DNA of 62,340 bases, counting the filler, from Chiloscyllium plagiosum (lineage: Eukaryota), in NCBI RefSeq assembly GCF_004010195.1. It is 3 parts of one record of this genome, joined end to end, with 100 filler letters (N's around TTAATTAATTAA, not from the genome) between each part and the next. Parts side by side here need not be neighbours in the genome. Positions count along the whole stretch, not along the records: positions 1 to 21,475 come from NC_057716.1; positions 21,576 to 51,933 come from NC_057716.1; 1 more part is not named here. One strand, written 5' to 3'. Shown here in pieces: positions 12,360 to 24,299 of the stretch. The position numbers and the translations under genes were made by a program. Position 1 is the stretch's first letter, and the number at the start of each line of letters is the position of its first letter. A model generated the notes under the pieces. It saw only the letters and a list, made by a program, of their open reading frames with translations, was not told the origin of the DNA and did not search any database.

Positions 12360-14335
12360 CCACATACGTAAATCTACCACCCCTCAGTTTAAAACTATGT
12401 CCGCTCGTGTTAACCTTCACCATCCAAGGAAAAAGGCTCTCATTGTCCACCTGATTTAAGCCTCTGATTATCTTATACGTCTCGATTAAGTCACCTCTCA
12501 ACCCTCTTCTCTCCAATGAAAACAGCCTCAGTTCCCTCAGCCTTTCCTCATAAGACCTTCCGTCCATACCAGGCAACATCTTAGTAGATCTCCTCTGAAA
12601 CCTTTCCAAAGTCTCCACATCCTTCCCATAATGCGGTGACCAGAACTGGATGCAATACTCCAGGTGCAGCCTTACCAATGTCTTGTACAGCTAAAGCATG
12701 ACCTTGTGGCTCTGAAACTCAATCCCTTTATCAATAAACGCCAACACACCATATGCCTTCTTAACAACCCTATCAATCTGGGTGGTAACCTTCAGGGATT
12801 TATGCACCTGGACCCCAAGATCTCTCTGTTCAGCTACACGGCCAAGAATTTTACCATTTGTCCGGTACTCTGCATTCTTGTTACTTCTTCCAAAATGAAT
12901 TACCTCGCACTTTTCTGCATTAAACTCCATTTGCCACTTCTCAGCTCAGCTCTGCATCATAACTATGTCCTTCTGTAACCCACAACATCCTTCAATGCTA
13001 TCCACAACTCTGCCTACCTTCGTGTCATCTGCAAATTTACTTACCCATCCTTTTACGCCCACATCCAGATTATTTATAAAAATGACAAACAGCAGTGTCC
13101 CCAAAACAGATCTTTGCGGCACACCACTGGTAATGGAGCTCAAGGACGAATATTTCCTACCAACCACTACCCTCTATCTTCTTTCAGCTTGCCAATTTTT
13201 GATCCATACTGCTAAATCACCTTCAATCCCGAAACTCGGTATGTTGTGCAATAGCTTATCATGTGGAACCTTAACAAATGCCTTAGTGAAGTCCATATAC
13301 ACCACATCAACTGCCTTATCTTCACTCACCTGTTTTGTCACCTTCTTGAAGAACTCAATAAGGTTAGTGAGGCAAAACCTGCCCTTCACAAAACTGTGTT
13401 GACTATCCCTAAACAAATTATTCCTTTCCAGATGATTATAAATCCTATCTCTTATAACCTACCCAATACCTTACCCACAACCGAAGTAAGGCTCACTGGC
13501 CTATAATTACCAGGGTTGTCCTGACTCCTCTTCTTAAACAAGGGAACAACATTTGCTATCCTCCAGTCATCTGGCACTACTCCTGTCAACAATGATGACA
13601 TAAAGATCAAAGCCAATGGTTCGGCAATCTCCTGTCTGGCTTTCCAGAGAATCCATGGATAAATCCCATCCGGCCCAGGGGTCTTATCTACTTTTCAGAT
13701 CTTCCAAAATTGCTAAAACCTCCTCTTTGTCAATCTCAATCCCATCTTGTAGCCTGTATCTCCACACTCTCACTAACATTGCCCTTTTCCAGCCTGAATA
13801 CTGATGAAAAATATTCATTAAGCACTTCCCCTATGTCCTCAGATTCCACTCACAACTTCCCACTACTGTCTTTGATTGGCCCTAATCTTACTGTAATCAT
13901 TCTTTTATTCCTGATATGCCTATAGAAGGCCTTAGGGGTTTCCTTAATCCTATCTGCCAACAACTTCTCATGTCCCCTCCTAGCTCTTTTTAGCCCTCTC
14001 TTTAGATCTTTTCTGGCTAACATAACTCTCAAGCCCCCTATCTGAGCCTTCACGCCTCATCCCCACATAAGTCTTCCTCTCCCTCTTGACAAGAGCTTCA
14101 ACTTCTTTAGTAAACCATGGCTCCCTTTCTCGACAACTACCTCCCTGCCTGATTGGTATATACGTATCAAGGACCCGCAGTAGCTGTTCCTGGGGTAAGT
14201 TCCACATTTCAAGTGTGTTCATCCCCTGCAGTTTCCATCCCCATCCTATGCATCCTAAATCTTGCCTAATTGCATCATTATTGCCTTTCCCCCAGTTATA
14301 CTTCTTTCCCTGCAGTATATACCTATCCCTGCCCA
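12360..14335 (-). mobile_element. CR1 LINE fragment (decayed ORF2, RT)
   Basis: Minus ORFs SQHSFVKGRFCLTNL, GVPQRSVLG, KFADDTK, HLEYCIQFWSP. Confidence 0.92.
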
Positions 14336-15288
14336 ATGGACAAGCCCTAACTTTTTCTGGAATTCTTGAGTATCTATTAACTTCATGCCATTTCATTCAT
14401 GTGAATACTAAATCTGTCAGTAAGATTCTGTTAGAGTTTCTGCTGAAGCATGAAACTTGAACAAAACTTTTTTTATTTCTGTCTTTAACAGAACATGTAC
14501 AGACTACAAAAGGTGCAGTCTGATTTACTTATTAATAATAATGAACAGTGATAGCCACACTGTTACTTATTATTGCAAAGTCTGGCCTATTATTAAAATG
14601 AATTGGGGCTGATTTTAGCCTATGGCCGCACATCAATTCTGAAATAATAATAAACATTCGCAAATCTCATATTAGAAGTTAACAACATTCTCAATGCTAA
14701 TAACACTTAATTCTTCTGCATGAGTTCACTTGCATAATTATTCATAACAATAGGTCAACACATGTCGACACAGATGTAGGTGCATATTGATGACGAGAAG
14801 AGGAAACTAACAAATGAATCAGAAGCAATAAAGGCATAAAAATTGTGAGTCTTTGGAGAGCCTCAAAAGATTTGTCAGCCTTTCATAAGGAAGACCGAAT
14901 AGGCAATTAAAACTGGCAGGCAAAGTTGAAGCAAACAGTAAAAAAAACCACATCTGTCTCTCAACAATGTTAGTGGAGTCCAGCATCCAAACCTCTGTTT
15001 GACAGTTGATGTGGATTGGTAACTATGTGAGGAACTTTCAGCAAAAGTTGCCCTTTCTTCCAACCCCCTTAGATCAAGATTGCAACATGGTGACTTACAT
15101 TCCTAATAATGCATCCAGCATTTACAAGCTCGGCTTGCTTTGAGGAAACAAAGAGCCTGTACCTGCATTTCAGTTTTTAAAGTTGAAGTCATTCCTTACA
15201 TGCCACAAAATCATTTGGATGACATCCCAAAACAAATGAATGCCTTATTTGCTTCATGATTTGGAAATGCTGGTGTTGGACTGGGGTG

Positions 15289-15788
15289 NNNNNNNNNNNN
15301 NNNNNNNNNNNNNNNNNNNNNNNNNNNNNNNNNNNNNNNNNNNNNNNNNNNNNNNNNNNNNNNNNNNNNNNNNNNNNNNNNNNNNNNNNNNNNNNNNNNN
15401 NNNNNNNNNNNNNNNNNNNNNNNNNNNNNNNNNNNNNNNNNNNNNNNNNNNNNNNNNNNNNNNNNNNNNNNNNNNNNNNNNNNNNNNNNNNNNNNNNNNN
15501 NNNNNNNNNNNNNNNNNNNNNNNNNNNNNNNNNNNNNNNNNNNNNNNNNNNNNNNNNNNNNNNNNNNNNNNNNNNNNNNNNNNNNNNNNNNNNNNNNNNN
15601 NNNNNNNNNNNNNNNNNNNNNNNNNNNNNNNNNNNNNNNNNNNNNNNNNNNNNNNNNNNNNNNNNNNNNNNNNNNNNNNNNNNNNNNNNNNNNNNNNNNN
15701 NNNNNNNNNNNNNNNNNNNNNNNNNNNNNNNNNNNNNNNNNNNNNNNNNNNNNNNNNNNNNNNNNNNNNNNNNNNNNNNNNNNNNNNN
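15289..15788. other. Assembly gap (500 N)
   Basis: Run of N. Confidence 1.
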
Positions 15789-16922
15789 GACTAAAGTTAT
15801 ACAATGAACATTTCTTTTTACTGATCTCATTCCAGATGAAAATGCTGCTTCAAAAGAGCCAAAGGGGTATTCAAATTTGAATAAAGTGCCATTAACCTTT
15901 ACTCAGTTAAAGACATCACAAGGTGTGGTACTAGCCAAACAGAACAGAAAAGTGCCAGGTTTAATGATTATCACTGAATTAACTGATATAAACAAGGCTG
16001 CAACTAGAGATGGTAAAATTAACCTTAACACCAGTGAACTAGAGAGGAGAATAAGAAAAGGTAAACAGAGTTCACAATCTTGATTGATATTTTTGTATCA
16101 GAATTGGACAGTATGTATGCAGATATTTGGCAATAATAGCCTGTCAACACTCACCATTCTTGGTTCACACATGAAGAGAGGCACTTGGGTGAAGTACCTG
16201 AGGCCTCCCAGATACCAAGGAGCAAAGACTGGGCTGAGAGAAGGTAATTTTTGATAATGCTTCACTACGCTACATCGTTTATTGTATGAATGTGTGCCAC
16301 TAGAGGAGACATCACTGGCAGTTCCTCATTTTGTGAGGGTGTGGGTCCACTGTCACTAAGGAATAGTAAATTATGCCAACACCATTTTTGAAAATGCATA
16401 GGTACCAGTGAGGTCCTTCATCTTTAGTTCATATTACAGATTTTACAGAATGTCTGCTAACATTTCAAGGGCTAAAACAGCTCTGAATCAATTAATTAAA
16501 TAATTTAAAACATCTAATTTACTTTGCTCAGAGTATGTGATTACTGATGTAATTTTTGTCATTTTCTTGTTAATTTGTAACATTTAGCGTGTGAAAGGAG
16601 TTTAACTTTGCAGTTGTTATATGCAATACAAAACTCGATGCTCTTTAAAATTTCAAGCAATATTCATTTCTCAAAGGGTTGAAACATTTACATTCAATCT
16701 AAAGTAAATAGATCGAAATTTGTTCATCTGGTTTCCCATGTATCTTGAGTATTTCAGAAATATTCTATATATACATGTGTGTGATTTTGTTGTAACATTA
16801 ACCAGTTTAAATCCGATTCAAGTTGTGCTCAGCCCCTATACTCCAGTACTGTGTGGAGTAAAACTGCTCTCAATGCATTGTTCAGCAATTCAGTGACTCA
16901 ATACGTACAGGTCACTATTGTT

Positions 16923-17468
16923 TCACATCCTTGATCCAAGATTGCTTGGTAAGAAACCTTTCAAATTGCTTATAGGACGCACATCATTTTGATGTCGGCG
17001 GCGTTCAATAAACAAAGCCAACCTTGAGGTATCCAGTGGAGTTGTGGAATAGCTGTCATTCTGAGGATGTAGCCAAGGATTTTGTAAACAAGTGGCAGCT
17101 GTGGGTCTCCAACGAAAGTCTCCCTGAAGCAGTGCCCTAATGAAGTCTCGTGCAACATGACTAATTCCCTGAAAATACTCATCAGGGAAACTGAAGTCCC
17201 GTCGACAAATGTTCATACATGTTTCCTCTACACTCTCGTCCAAGAAGGGGGATACCCCACTCAGCATCACATAAGTGAGGACTCCAAGACTCCAGATGTC
17301 TGTACTTAGTGAAACTGGTGTTCCCTGTATTACTTCAGGAGCTGCAAATTCTGGATTTCCCAACAACTGATGTACATAATAATAAGTTGTGATTTGAACA
17401 GCGTCACCCAAATCTATAAGCTTGACACGTGGCACAGGCGTGTGAAGATCAATCAATAGATTTTCGGG
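16923..17468 (-). CDS. KALRN: Kalirin kinase domain, last coding exon
   Basis: Acceptor tctttctgtcAG|CCCGAAAAT; 546 nt; PENLLIDLHTPVPRVKLIDLGDA..GNPEFAAPE..RPTAATCLQNPWL..PLDTSRLALFIERRRHQNDVRPI..* resembles the kalirin C-terminus more than Trio. Confidence 0.92.
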   Translation of the reverse strand, partial: PENLLIDLHTPVPRVKLIDLGDAVQITTYYYVHQLLGNPEFAAPEVIQGTPVSLSTDIWSLGVLTYVMLSGVSPFLDESVEETCMNICRRDFSFPDEYFQGISHVARDFIRALLQGDFRWRPTAATCLQNPWLHPQNDSYSTTPLDTSRLALFIERRRHQNDVRPISNLKGFLPSNLGSRM

Positions 17469-18074
17469 CTGACAGAAAGAAAGATATGTGTTAATAATGC
17501 TTAAACACTAACTTATGCATTACATAGTTCAGCCTGTGTGAATGCAAGTTATTGACTTTTTTTACATTCACTTGTGGGACATGGGTGTCGGGGCTGGACC
17601 AGCATTTAGCTTACATAGAACACGTACACTAATATGAAACAATAGGTTCAATAATCTACAACTTCCAAAATTCTCCTCTCCCTCGTGCTACAGAGGAAAC
17701 TGTGTTTCTAGATCATCTTACAGGACACCTTATTCTTCAGCAGTGTATTCATGTATGGCTAGATCTCTGCTTCCAGGATCATTGTCAATTATTGTCATTG
17801 AACAGATTTCTGATTGTCTAAAGGTAACACAAAAGATTTCATTGATTCTTTTTAAGGAAGTTCCAATATATCTAGCAGTTCTCTATTGCCAAAGTTCCAT
17901 GTAGCTGATGTTACCAAGACTTCCTTGGAATGTTCCGGCAAAAAAACCCATTTCCCGCCAGAGGTGCAGCTCCCCCTTTCTGTGTGACAACTCAAACTCA
18001 TGCCACAAAGAGTAAGCCTGGCTTTGGCATGACCAGAAAGAAGATGGGCTGGTTTTATTTTTGTAAAATCCTAC

Positions 18075-18213
18075 CTTCAAATCCAAATGAGCAACTCTGC
18101 AATTGTGTAGATACTGGAGAGCCTCTAAAGTGTCCCGGATGTAAAAGGCTACTTTTTCTTCCAAATGTTCCCCTTGATTTACCAAGAATTCAAGCAAGCG
18201 ACCATTATCCAAG
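18075..18213 (-). CDS. KALRN: Kalirin kinase domain, penultimate coding exon
   Basis: AG|C TTG GAT AAT GGT..TTG AAG|GTagga; LDNGRLLEFL..EEKVAFYIRDTLEALQYLHNCRVAHLDLK joins in phase 0 to PEN, completing the HLDLKPEN catalytic loop. Confidence 0.92.
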
Positions 18214-18745
18214 CTTTGGCACAAAAACAGAAGTATTTAGAATGCGCTGATAGTAAAAGTACATACTAATCATACCAAGTGACAAAGAAAGAAAATTAAA
18301 GGAGTGTTTGATTGAAACAGATTAGACCTACTTCACATTTCAGATAGCATACAAGTGTGCTGTTTATAAGAACTTACATCATGAGTTTTAATACTTGAAC
18401 TCTGGGGTAAACCTAATTACTTTTCAACCCCTGTGACTTCAATGGAAAATAAATTGAATGGGGACATAAAATGTGTGGCCAACCATTTTGTGTTAGGATT
18501 AAGTTAGAATTACAGACAATTACCTGACCTTCTCAGTGGTACATCCTCAACAATTTACAATCTATGTATATGATTTGGACTGGAGATCTAAAATTGTTGA
18601 TGACAGCAAGATAGGTAGGAAACAAAGTAGAGAGTTTGCAAAGGGATACAGACAGGCTCGAGCATTGGGCAAAATCATGGAAATAGAGTAGAATATGGTT
18701 AAATGTGAACTCATACATTTTGCCAGGAAAGACAGAAGAGCAGTT

Positions 18746-20194
18746 AGAGTCATAGAGTCACAGAGATGTATAGCACAGAAACAGACCCTTTGATCCAACT
18801 CATTCATGCCAATCAGATATTCCAATTTCATCTAGTCCCACCAGTCAGCACCCAGCCCATATCCCTCCATACCCTTCCTATTAATATGCCCATCCAGATG
18901 CGTTTTAAATGTTGCAACTGTACGAGCTTCCACCACTTCCTCTGACAGCTCATTCCATACATGTACCACCCTCTATATGAAAAAGTTACCACCTTAAACT
19001 TATGCCCTCTAGTTCTGGACTCCCCCACCCCAGGGAATAGATTTTGTCTATTTATCCTATCCATGCCCATCCATGATTTTATAAACCTCTATAAGGTCAC
19101 CCCTCAGCCTCCGACGCTCCAGGGAAAACAGCCCCAGCCTATTCAACTTCTCCCTATAGCTCAAATCCTCCAATCCTGGCAACATCCTTGTAACTCTTTT
19201 CTGAATCCTTTCAAGTTTCACAACATCTTTCCGATAGGAAGGAGACCAGAATTGCACGCAATATTCCAAAAGTGGCCGAACAAATCTCCTGTACAGCCGC
19301 AACATGACCTCCCAACTCCTGTACTCAATACTCTGACCAATAAAGGAAAGCATACCAAACGCCTTCTTCATTATTCTATCTACCTGTAACTCAACTTTCA
19401 AGGAGCTATGAACCTGCACTCCAAGGTCTCTTTGTTTCGCAACACTCCCTAGGTCCTTACCACTAAGTGTATAAGTCCTGCTAAGATTTGCTTTCCCAAA
19501 ATGCAGCACATCATATTTATCTAAATTAAACTCCATCTGCCATGTGTCAGCCCATTGGCCCAGCTGATCCAGATCCAGTTGTAATCTGAGGTAACCTTCT
19601 TTGCTGTCCACTACGCCTCCAATTTTGGTGTCATCTGCAAACTTACTAACTATATCTCTTATGCTCGCATCCAAATCATTTATATAAATGATGAAAAGTA
19701 GTGGACCCAGCACCGATCCTTGTGGCACCCCACTGGTCACAGGTCTCCAATCTGAAAAACAACCCTCCACCACCACCACCCTCCGTCTTCTACCTTTGAG
19801 CCTGTTCTATATCCTCATGGCTAGTTCTCCCATTATTCCATGAGATCCAACCTTGTTAACCAATCTCCCATGGGGAACCTTGTGGAACACCTTACTGATG
19901 TCCATATAAATCACATCTACTGCTCTGCCCTCATCAATCCTCTTCGTTACTTCTTCAAAAAACTCAAATCAATTTTGTGACACATGATTTCCCACGCACA
20001 AAGCCATGTCGACTATCTCTAATCAGTCCTTGCTTTTCCAAATACACGTACATCCTGCCCCTCAGGATCATCAATCCTCTTCGTTACTTCTTCAAAAAAC
20101 TCAAATCACATGATTTCCCACGCACAAAGCCATGTCGACTATCTCTAATCAGTCCTTGCTTTTCCAAATACACGTACATCCTGCCCCTCAGGAT
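18746..20194 (-). mobile_element. Young CR1 LINE 3' part inserted into an older plus-strand CR1 fragment (about 18535-18745 and 20195-20455)
   Basis: 240-aa RT ORF 19057-19779 (GVPQGSVLGP, FADD); (ACTCTATG)n-type tail near 18746-18760. Confidence 0.9.
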
Positions 20195-20455
20195 TGCAAA
20201 AATCAGTGGTAGCGAGGAATCTGGGTACTCCAGTACAGTAAATATTTAAGAAGGCAAATGAAGTGTTGTTATTTACATCAAGTAGAATAAAATACATAAG
20301 TAGGAAAGTTTTACTGCAGTTGTACAGGGTATTGACAAGACGACATCTGGAATATTGTGGACAGTTTTGATTTCCTTATTTGCGAAAAGTTGTAATTATG
20401 CTGGAAGCTGTTCATAAAAGATTCACATGATTCATTCCTGAGATGAAAGGGTTAT

Positions 20456-21475
20456 AGAACATAGAACATAGAACAGTACAGCACAGAACAGGCCCTTCAG
20501 CCCATGATGTTGTGCCGACCATTGATCCTCATGTATGCACCCTCAAATTTCTGTGACCATATGCATGTCCAGCAGTCTCTTAAATGTCCCCAATGACCTT
20601 GCTTCCACAACTGCTGCTGGCAACGCATTCCATGCTCTCACAACTCTCTGTGTAAAGAACCCGCCTCTGACATCCCCTCTATACTTTCCTCCAACCAGCT
20701 TAAACTATGACCCCTCGTGTTAGCCACTTCTGCCCTGGGAAATACTCTCTGGCTATTGACTCTATTTATGCCTCTCATTATCTTGTGTCCCTCAATTAGG
20801 TCCCCTTTCCTCCTCCTTTTCTCCAGTGAAAAAAGTCCGAGCTCAGTCAACCTCTCTTCATGAGATAAGCCCTCCAGTCCAGGCAGCATCCTGGTAAACT
20901 TCTTCTGAACCTTCTCCAAAGCATCCACATCTTTCCTATAATAGGGCGACCAGAACTGGACGCAGTATTCCAAGTGCGGTCTAACCACAGTTTTATAGAG
21001 CTGCAACAAGATCTCACGACTCTTAAACTCAATCCTCCTGTTAATGAAAGCCAAAGCACCATATGCTTTCTTAACAACCCTGTCCACTTGGGTGGCCATT
21101 TTAAGGGATCTCTGTACCTGCACACCAAGATCCCTCTGTTCCTCCACACTGCAAAGAAGCCTATCCTTAATCCTGTACTCAGCTGTCAAATTCGACCTCC
21201 CAAAATGCATCACCTCGCATTTATCCAGGTTGAACTCCATCTGCCACCTCTCAGCCCATCTCTGCATCCTGACAATGTCCCGCTGCAGCCTACAACAGCC
21301 CTCTATACTATCAGCAACACCTCCAACCTTTGTGTCATCTGCAAACTTGCTGACCCATCCTTCAATCCCCTCATCCAAGTCATTAATAAAAATTACAAAC
21401 AATAGAGGCCCAAGGACAGAGCCCTGTGGAACACCACTCACCACAGACTTCCAGGCAGAATATTCTCCTTCTACT
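20456..21475 (-). mobile_element. CR1 LINE 3' part
   Basis: 268-aa RT ORF 20638-21444; (TTCTATG)n tail. Confidence 0.92.
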
Positions 21476-21575
21476 NNNNNNNNNNNNNNNNNNNNNNNNN
21501 NNNNNNNNNNNNNNNNNNNTTAATTAATTAANNNNNNNNNNNNNNNNNNNNNNNNNNNNNNNNNNNNNNNNNNNN
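21476..21575. other. 100-bp scaffold spacer with artificial TTAATTAATTAA linker
   Basis: 44 N + TTAATTAATTAA (21520-21531) + 44 N. Confidence 0.95.
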
Positions 21576-21958
21576 CCTGCAACCACACGGCATCAATGTG
21601 GATTTCACCAGTTTCCTAATTTCCCTCCCCCCACCTTATCCCAGTCCTAAGCCTCCAACTCGGCACTGTCTTCCTGACCTGTCCATCTTCCTTCCCACTT
21701 ACCCGCTCCACCCTTCTCTCCGATCTATCACCTCCCCACCTCTATCTACCTATCAGATTCCCAGCGACTTTTCCCCAAGCCCCAACCTCTTCCCATTTAT
21801 CTGTTAGCCCCCCCGGCCCACCAGTCTCATTCCTGATAAAGGGTTTATGCTTGAAAAGTCGAAAATTCCTGCTCCTCGGATGCTACCTGACCTGCTGTGC
21901 TTTTCCAGCACTACACTCTCGAATCTGATCTCTAGCATCTGCAGTCCTCACTTTCTCC
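21576..21958 (+). mobile_element. Penelope-like 3' end / terminal repeat
   Basis: Same motifs as 54000-54377; degenerate hammerhead core CTGATAA..GAAA at about 21833-21860. Confidence 0.75.
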
Positions 21959-22164
21959 CAGTCTGAAACCATCCAAGTTAACAACTTACAGGATCCATAT
22001 ATAATCAGCATTCTTTTGATGTAAAGTACTGAAGTAACTCCATGGAGGCTGGCATCCTGTCACCAAGTCACCCTTTATTTACATGTGCATATTACATGGG
22101 CTCTGACCAGCCAGCTTAGAGCCAGTCCCTAGAATGAAGAGAATCTCTGAAACTTCTATTTATC

Positions 22165-23020
22165 TTTTTTTTTCTATTTTCCCCCCACAGCAATAGTGCT
22201 TATTTTACCACAGCACCAAAGTTGTGTCTGTGCAAGTATCAGACACAGTGAAGAACAGCAAGTGCGTAAATCTTTATTTATGTTCCACCACCAGGAAGAA
22301 AGGAAACACCCGAGTGGCTAGTGACAAGCAGTGCCCTTCTCGAGAGACGGCAATGTTGTGTGATCAAAACGTGAAGGGGAGGGCAGGGATTAAATCCAAA
22401 TGGAATTGGAGGGGGAGATGGTACACTCCACTCCCTGCAGTGCCCACCTTTCCCTGAAAATCTTGAAGATGTTGGTAGACACCGCATGCTCCTTCTCCAG
22501 AGACACCCGAAAGATCAGGAGCATGGTTCTGAAGTGCAACCAAAAACAGAGAAGAAGAGTTTTAAGAAAATCAAAAAGGGAGTCAAGCGCCCACACCCAA
22601 TATATACATGGTCCATGGACTCCACAGCACCACAGAACAAGCAGTTGGGCTGGAAGTCCGTGAACCACTCATGCAGCACCCTCCACCCCAGACCTCTGAG
22701 AGAAAGGGGGAGGACTCCTGCGTAGAGTGCCCTCCACTGGGGATCTCCACCGCCCGGTGGCAAATGGCCACGCCAAGGCGTGTCTGGGCGGTGGATGAGG
22801 GAGAAGAGGTGGATGGTGTGCAGCAGCAGTTGATACAGGGCCCGCTGTTTTATGTCCTTAAAAGGAACAAAACTAAAATTCCGGAGGCGGCTCAGGTTGT
22901 GGGGCACAGGTTCCCAGGGGAAGTACAGGACCTTGGGGTGAAACTTCTGTTTTTTTCTGGAGTCCAGGCTGAGGGTAACAACTCCAACCAGTGATCTCAT
23001 ACTCAATGGCCCTCGTTCCA
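22165..23020 (-). mobile_element. L1/Tx1-type LINE 3' end
   Basis: Minus ORF ending WRALYAGVLP..LGWRVLH..CLFCGAVESMDHVYIGC (C-terminal zinc knuckle); AATAAA and A-rich tail. A short inverted second copy lies at about 23400-23580. Confidence 0.7.
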
Positions 23021-23739
23021 ATCACTATATCTACCCTTTTACTTTGTGTATGTGTGTGAACGTGTGAGTTGACACACTTAATTTATTTCCATAAATTAAC
23101 AGTCATGGATAATAAATCCTTTTTCCCTTTATATTTAAATGTACAAGCAGATCTGTGTGTGTTTCTTTTACAGTCGTAGCATGTAAAATAATTAAACACT
23201 CACTGAATTGGCAAATTCCAAAAAAAGATCTGTTGCAGTCAACTAGAGTGGAGAAAACAAACAGCTAGTCTACCACTTACCTGTTCACAAAATTTCTAGC
23301 AATGTTGTACTTTTATTTCTAATTTCCGGTAAGTTGCTATATTTTTTAAATTTTAAATTTACACTAATGAATACAACATAATTCTACTACAAAACTGAGA
23401 TCCAAATCCCCAGTGGAGGGCTCTCTACACAGGAGTCCTCCCCCTTTCTCTCGGAGCTCTGGGGTGAAGGGTGCTGCACGAGTGGTTCACGGACTCCCAG
23501 CCCAACTGCTTGTTCTGTGGTGCTGTGGAGTCCATGAACCATGTATATATTGTGTGGGCACTTGCACTCCCTTTTTGACTGTTATCCTGGTTGACTGTCC
23601 CTCAATTTGAGGATGATGGCTACTCTGGATCACAGGTTTCTGCCAAGGATCATTGTGAGATTGTAAATCATTTCTCAAACCAGTTCTTTAGGGACATACA
23701 GTAGATATATAAGACAACCAAGGGACTTGTGAAACTGAG

Positions 23740-24135
23740 TAATGAAATTTCAAATAACCTTTCCACCCACCTGCCAGCTCCCTGACCAGCCCTGCCACCT
23801 CCCTTCCATTCCACCTCCCACCTCATGAGCTTCTCTATCGCCCCACCACCAATTTCACCCATTACTCTCCCCTCCGCCTCCTTGACCTGACCTTATTTGT
23901 CCATCTTCCTTCCAATTATCTGCTCCACCTTCCCACTTACCTCTCACACTAAACCCCCACCTGCATCCACCTACCAATATCTCACCTATCATTCCCCCAG
24001 CCCCAGCTCCCTCCCTCTATTTATTTCTGAGCTCCCTTCCCCCTCCCCTAACCTGATGAAAGGTCTCAACCTGAAACATTGACCTCTCCACCTCCTGATG
24101 CTGGCTGGCTTCTTCTAGCTACCTGTTTGTCTAAT
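23740..24135 (+). mobile_element. Penelope terminal-repeat fragment with hammerhead core
   Basis: C-rich pLTR-like tract ending CTGATGA-aaggtctcaacct-GAAAC-ATT (24053-24080). Confidence 0.6.
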
Positions 24136-24299
24136 ACCAAATAATGGTTTGTGTAGTTCAGGTGAAGACAAGCGTCCAACAGAGGGCTGTGGCGATGGTG
24201 ATTGACTGTCAGGGTGAAGATTTGCATCAGCACAGTCACCACCACCACCAAACAGTAGTTTATGGAGGGAGTGCTGTCAAAGAACAGTGAGTAGTCTTG

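Noticed and set aside
15189..15830. Long ORFs here and at 53063-54164
   Set aside because: Artefacts of N runs.
16923..18213. TRIO as the gene identity
   Set aside because: PVPRVKLIDL, RPTAATCLQ and SYS..PLDTSRLA match kalirin better as I recall it, and linkage to CCDC14 fits KALRN.
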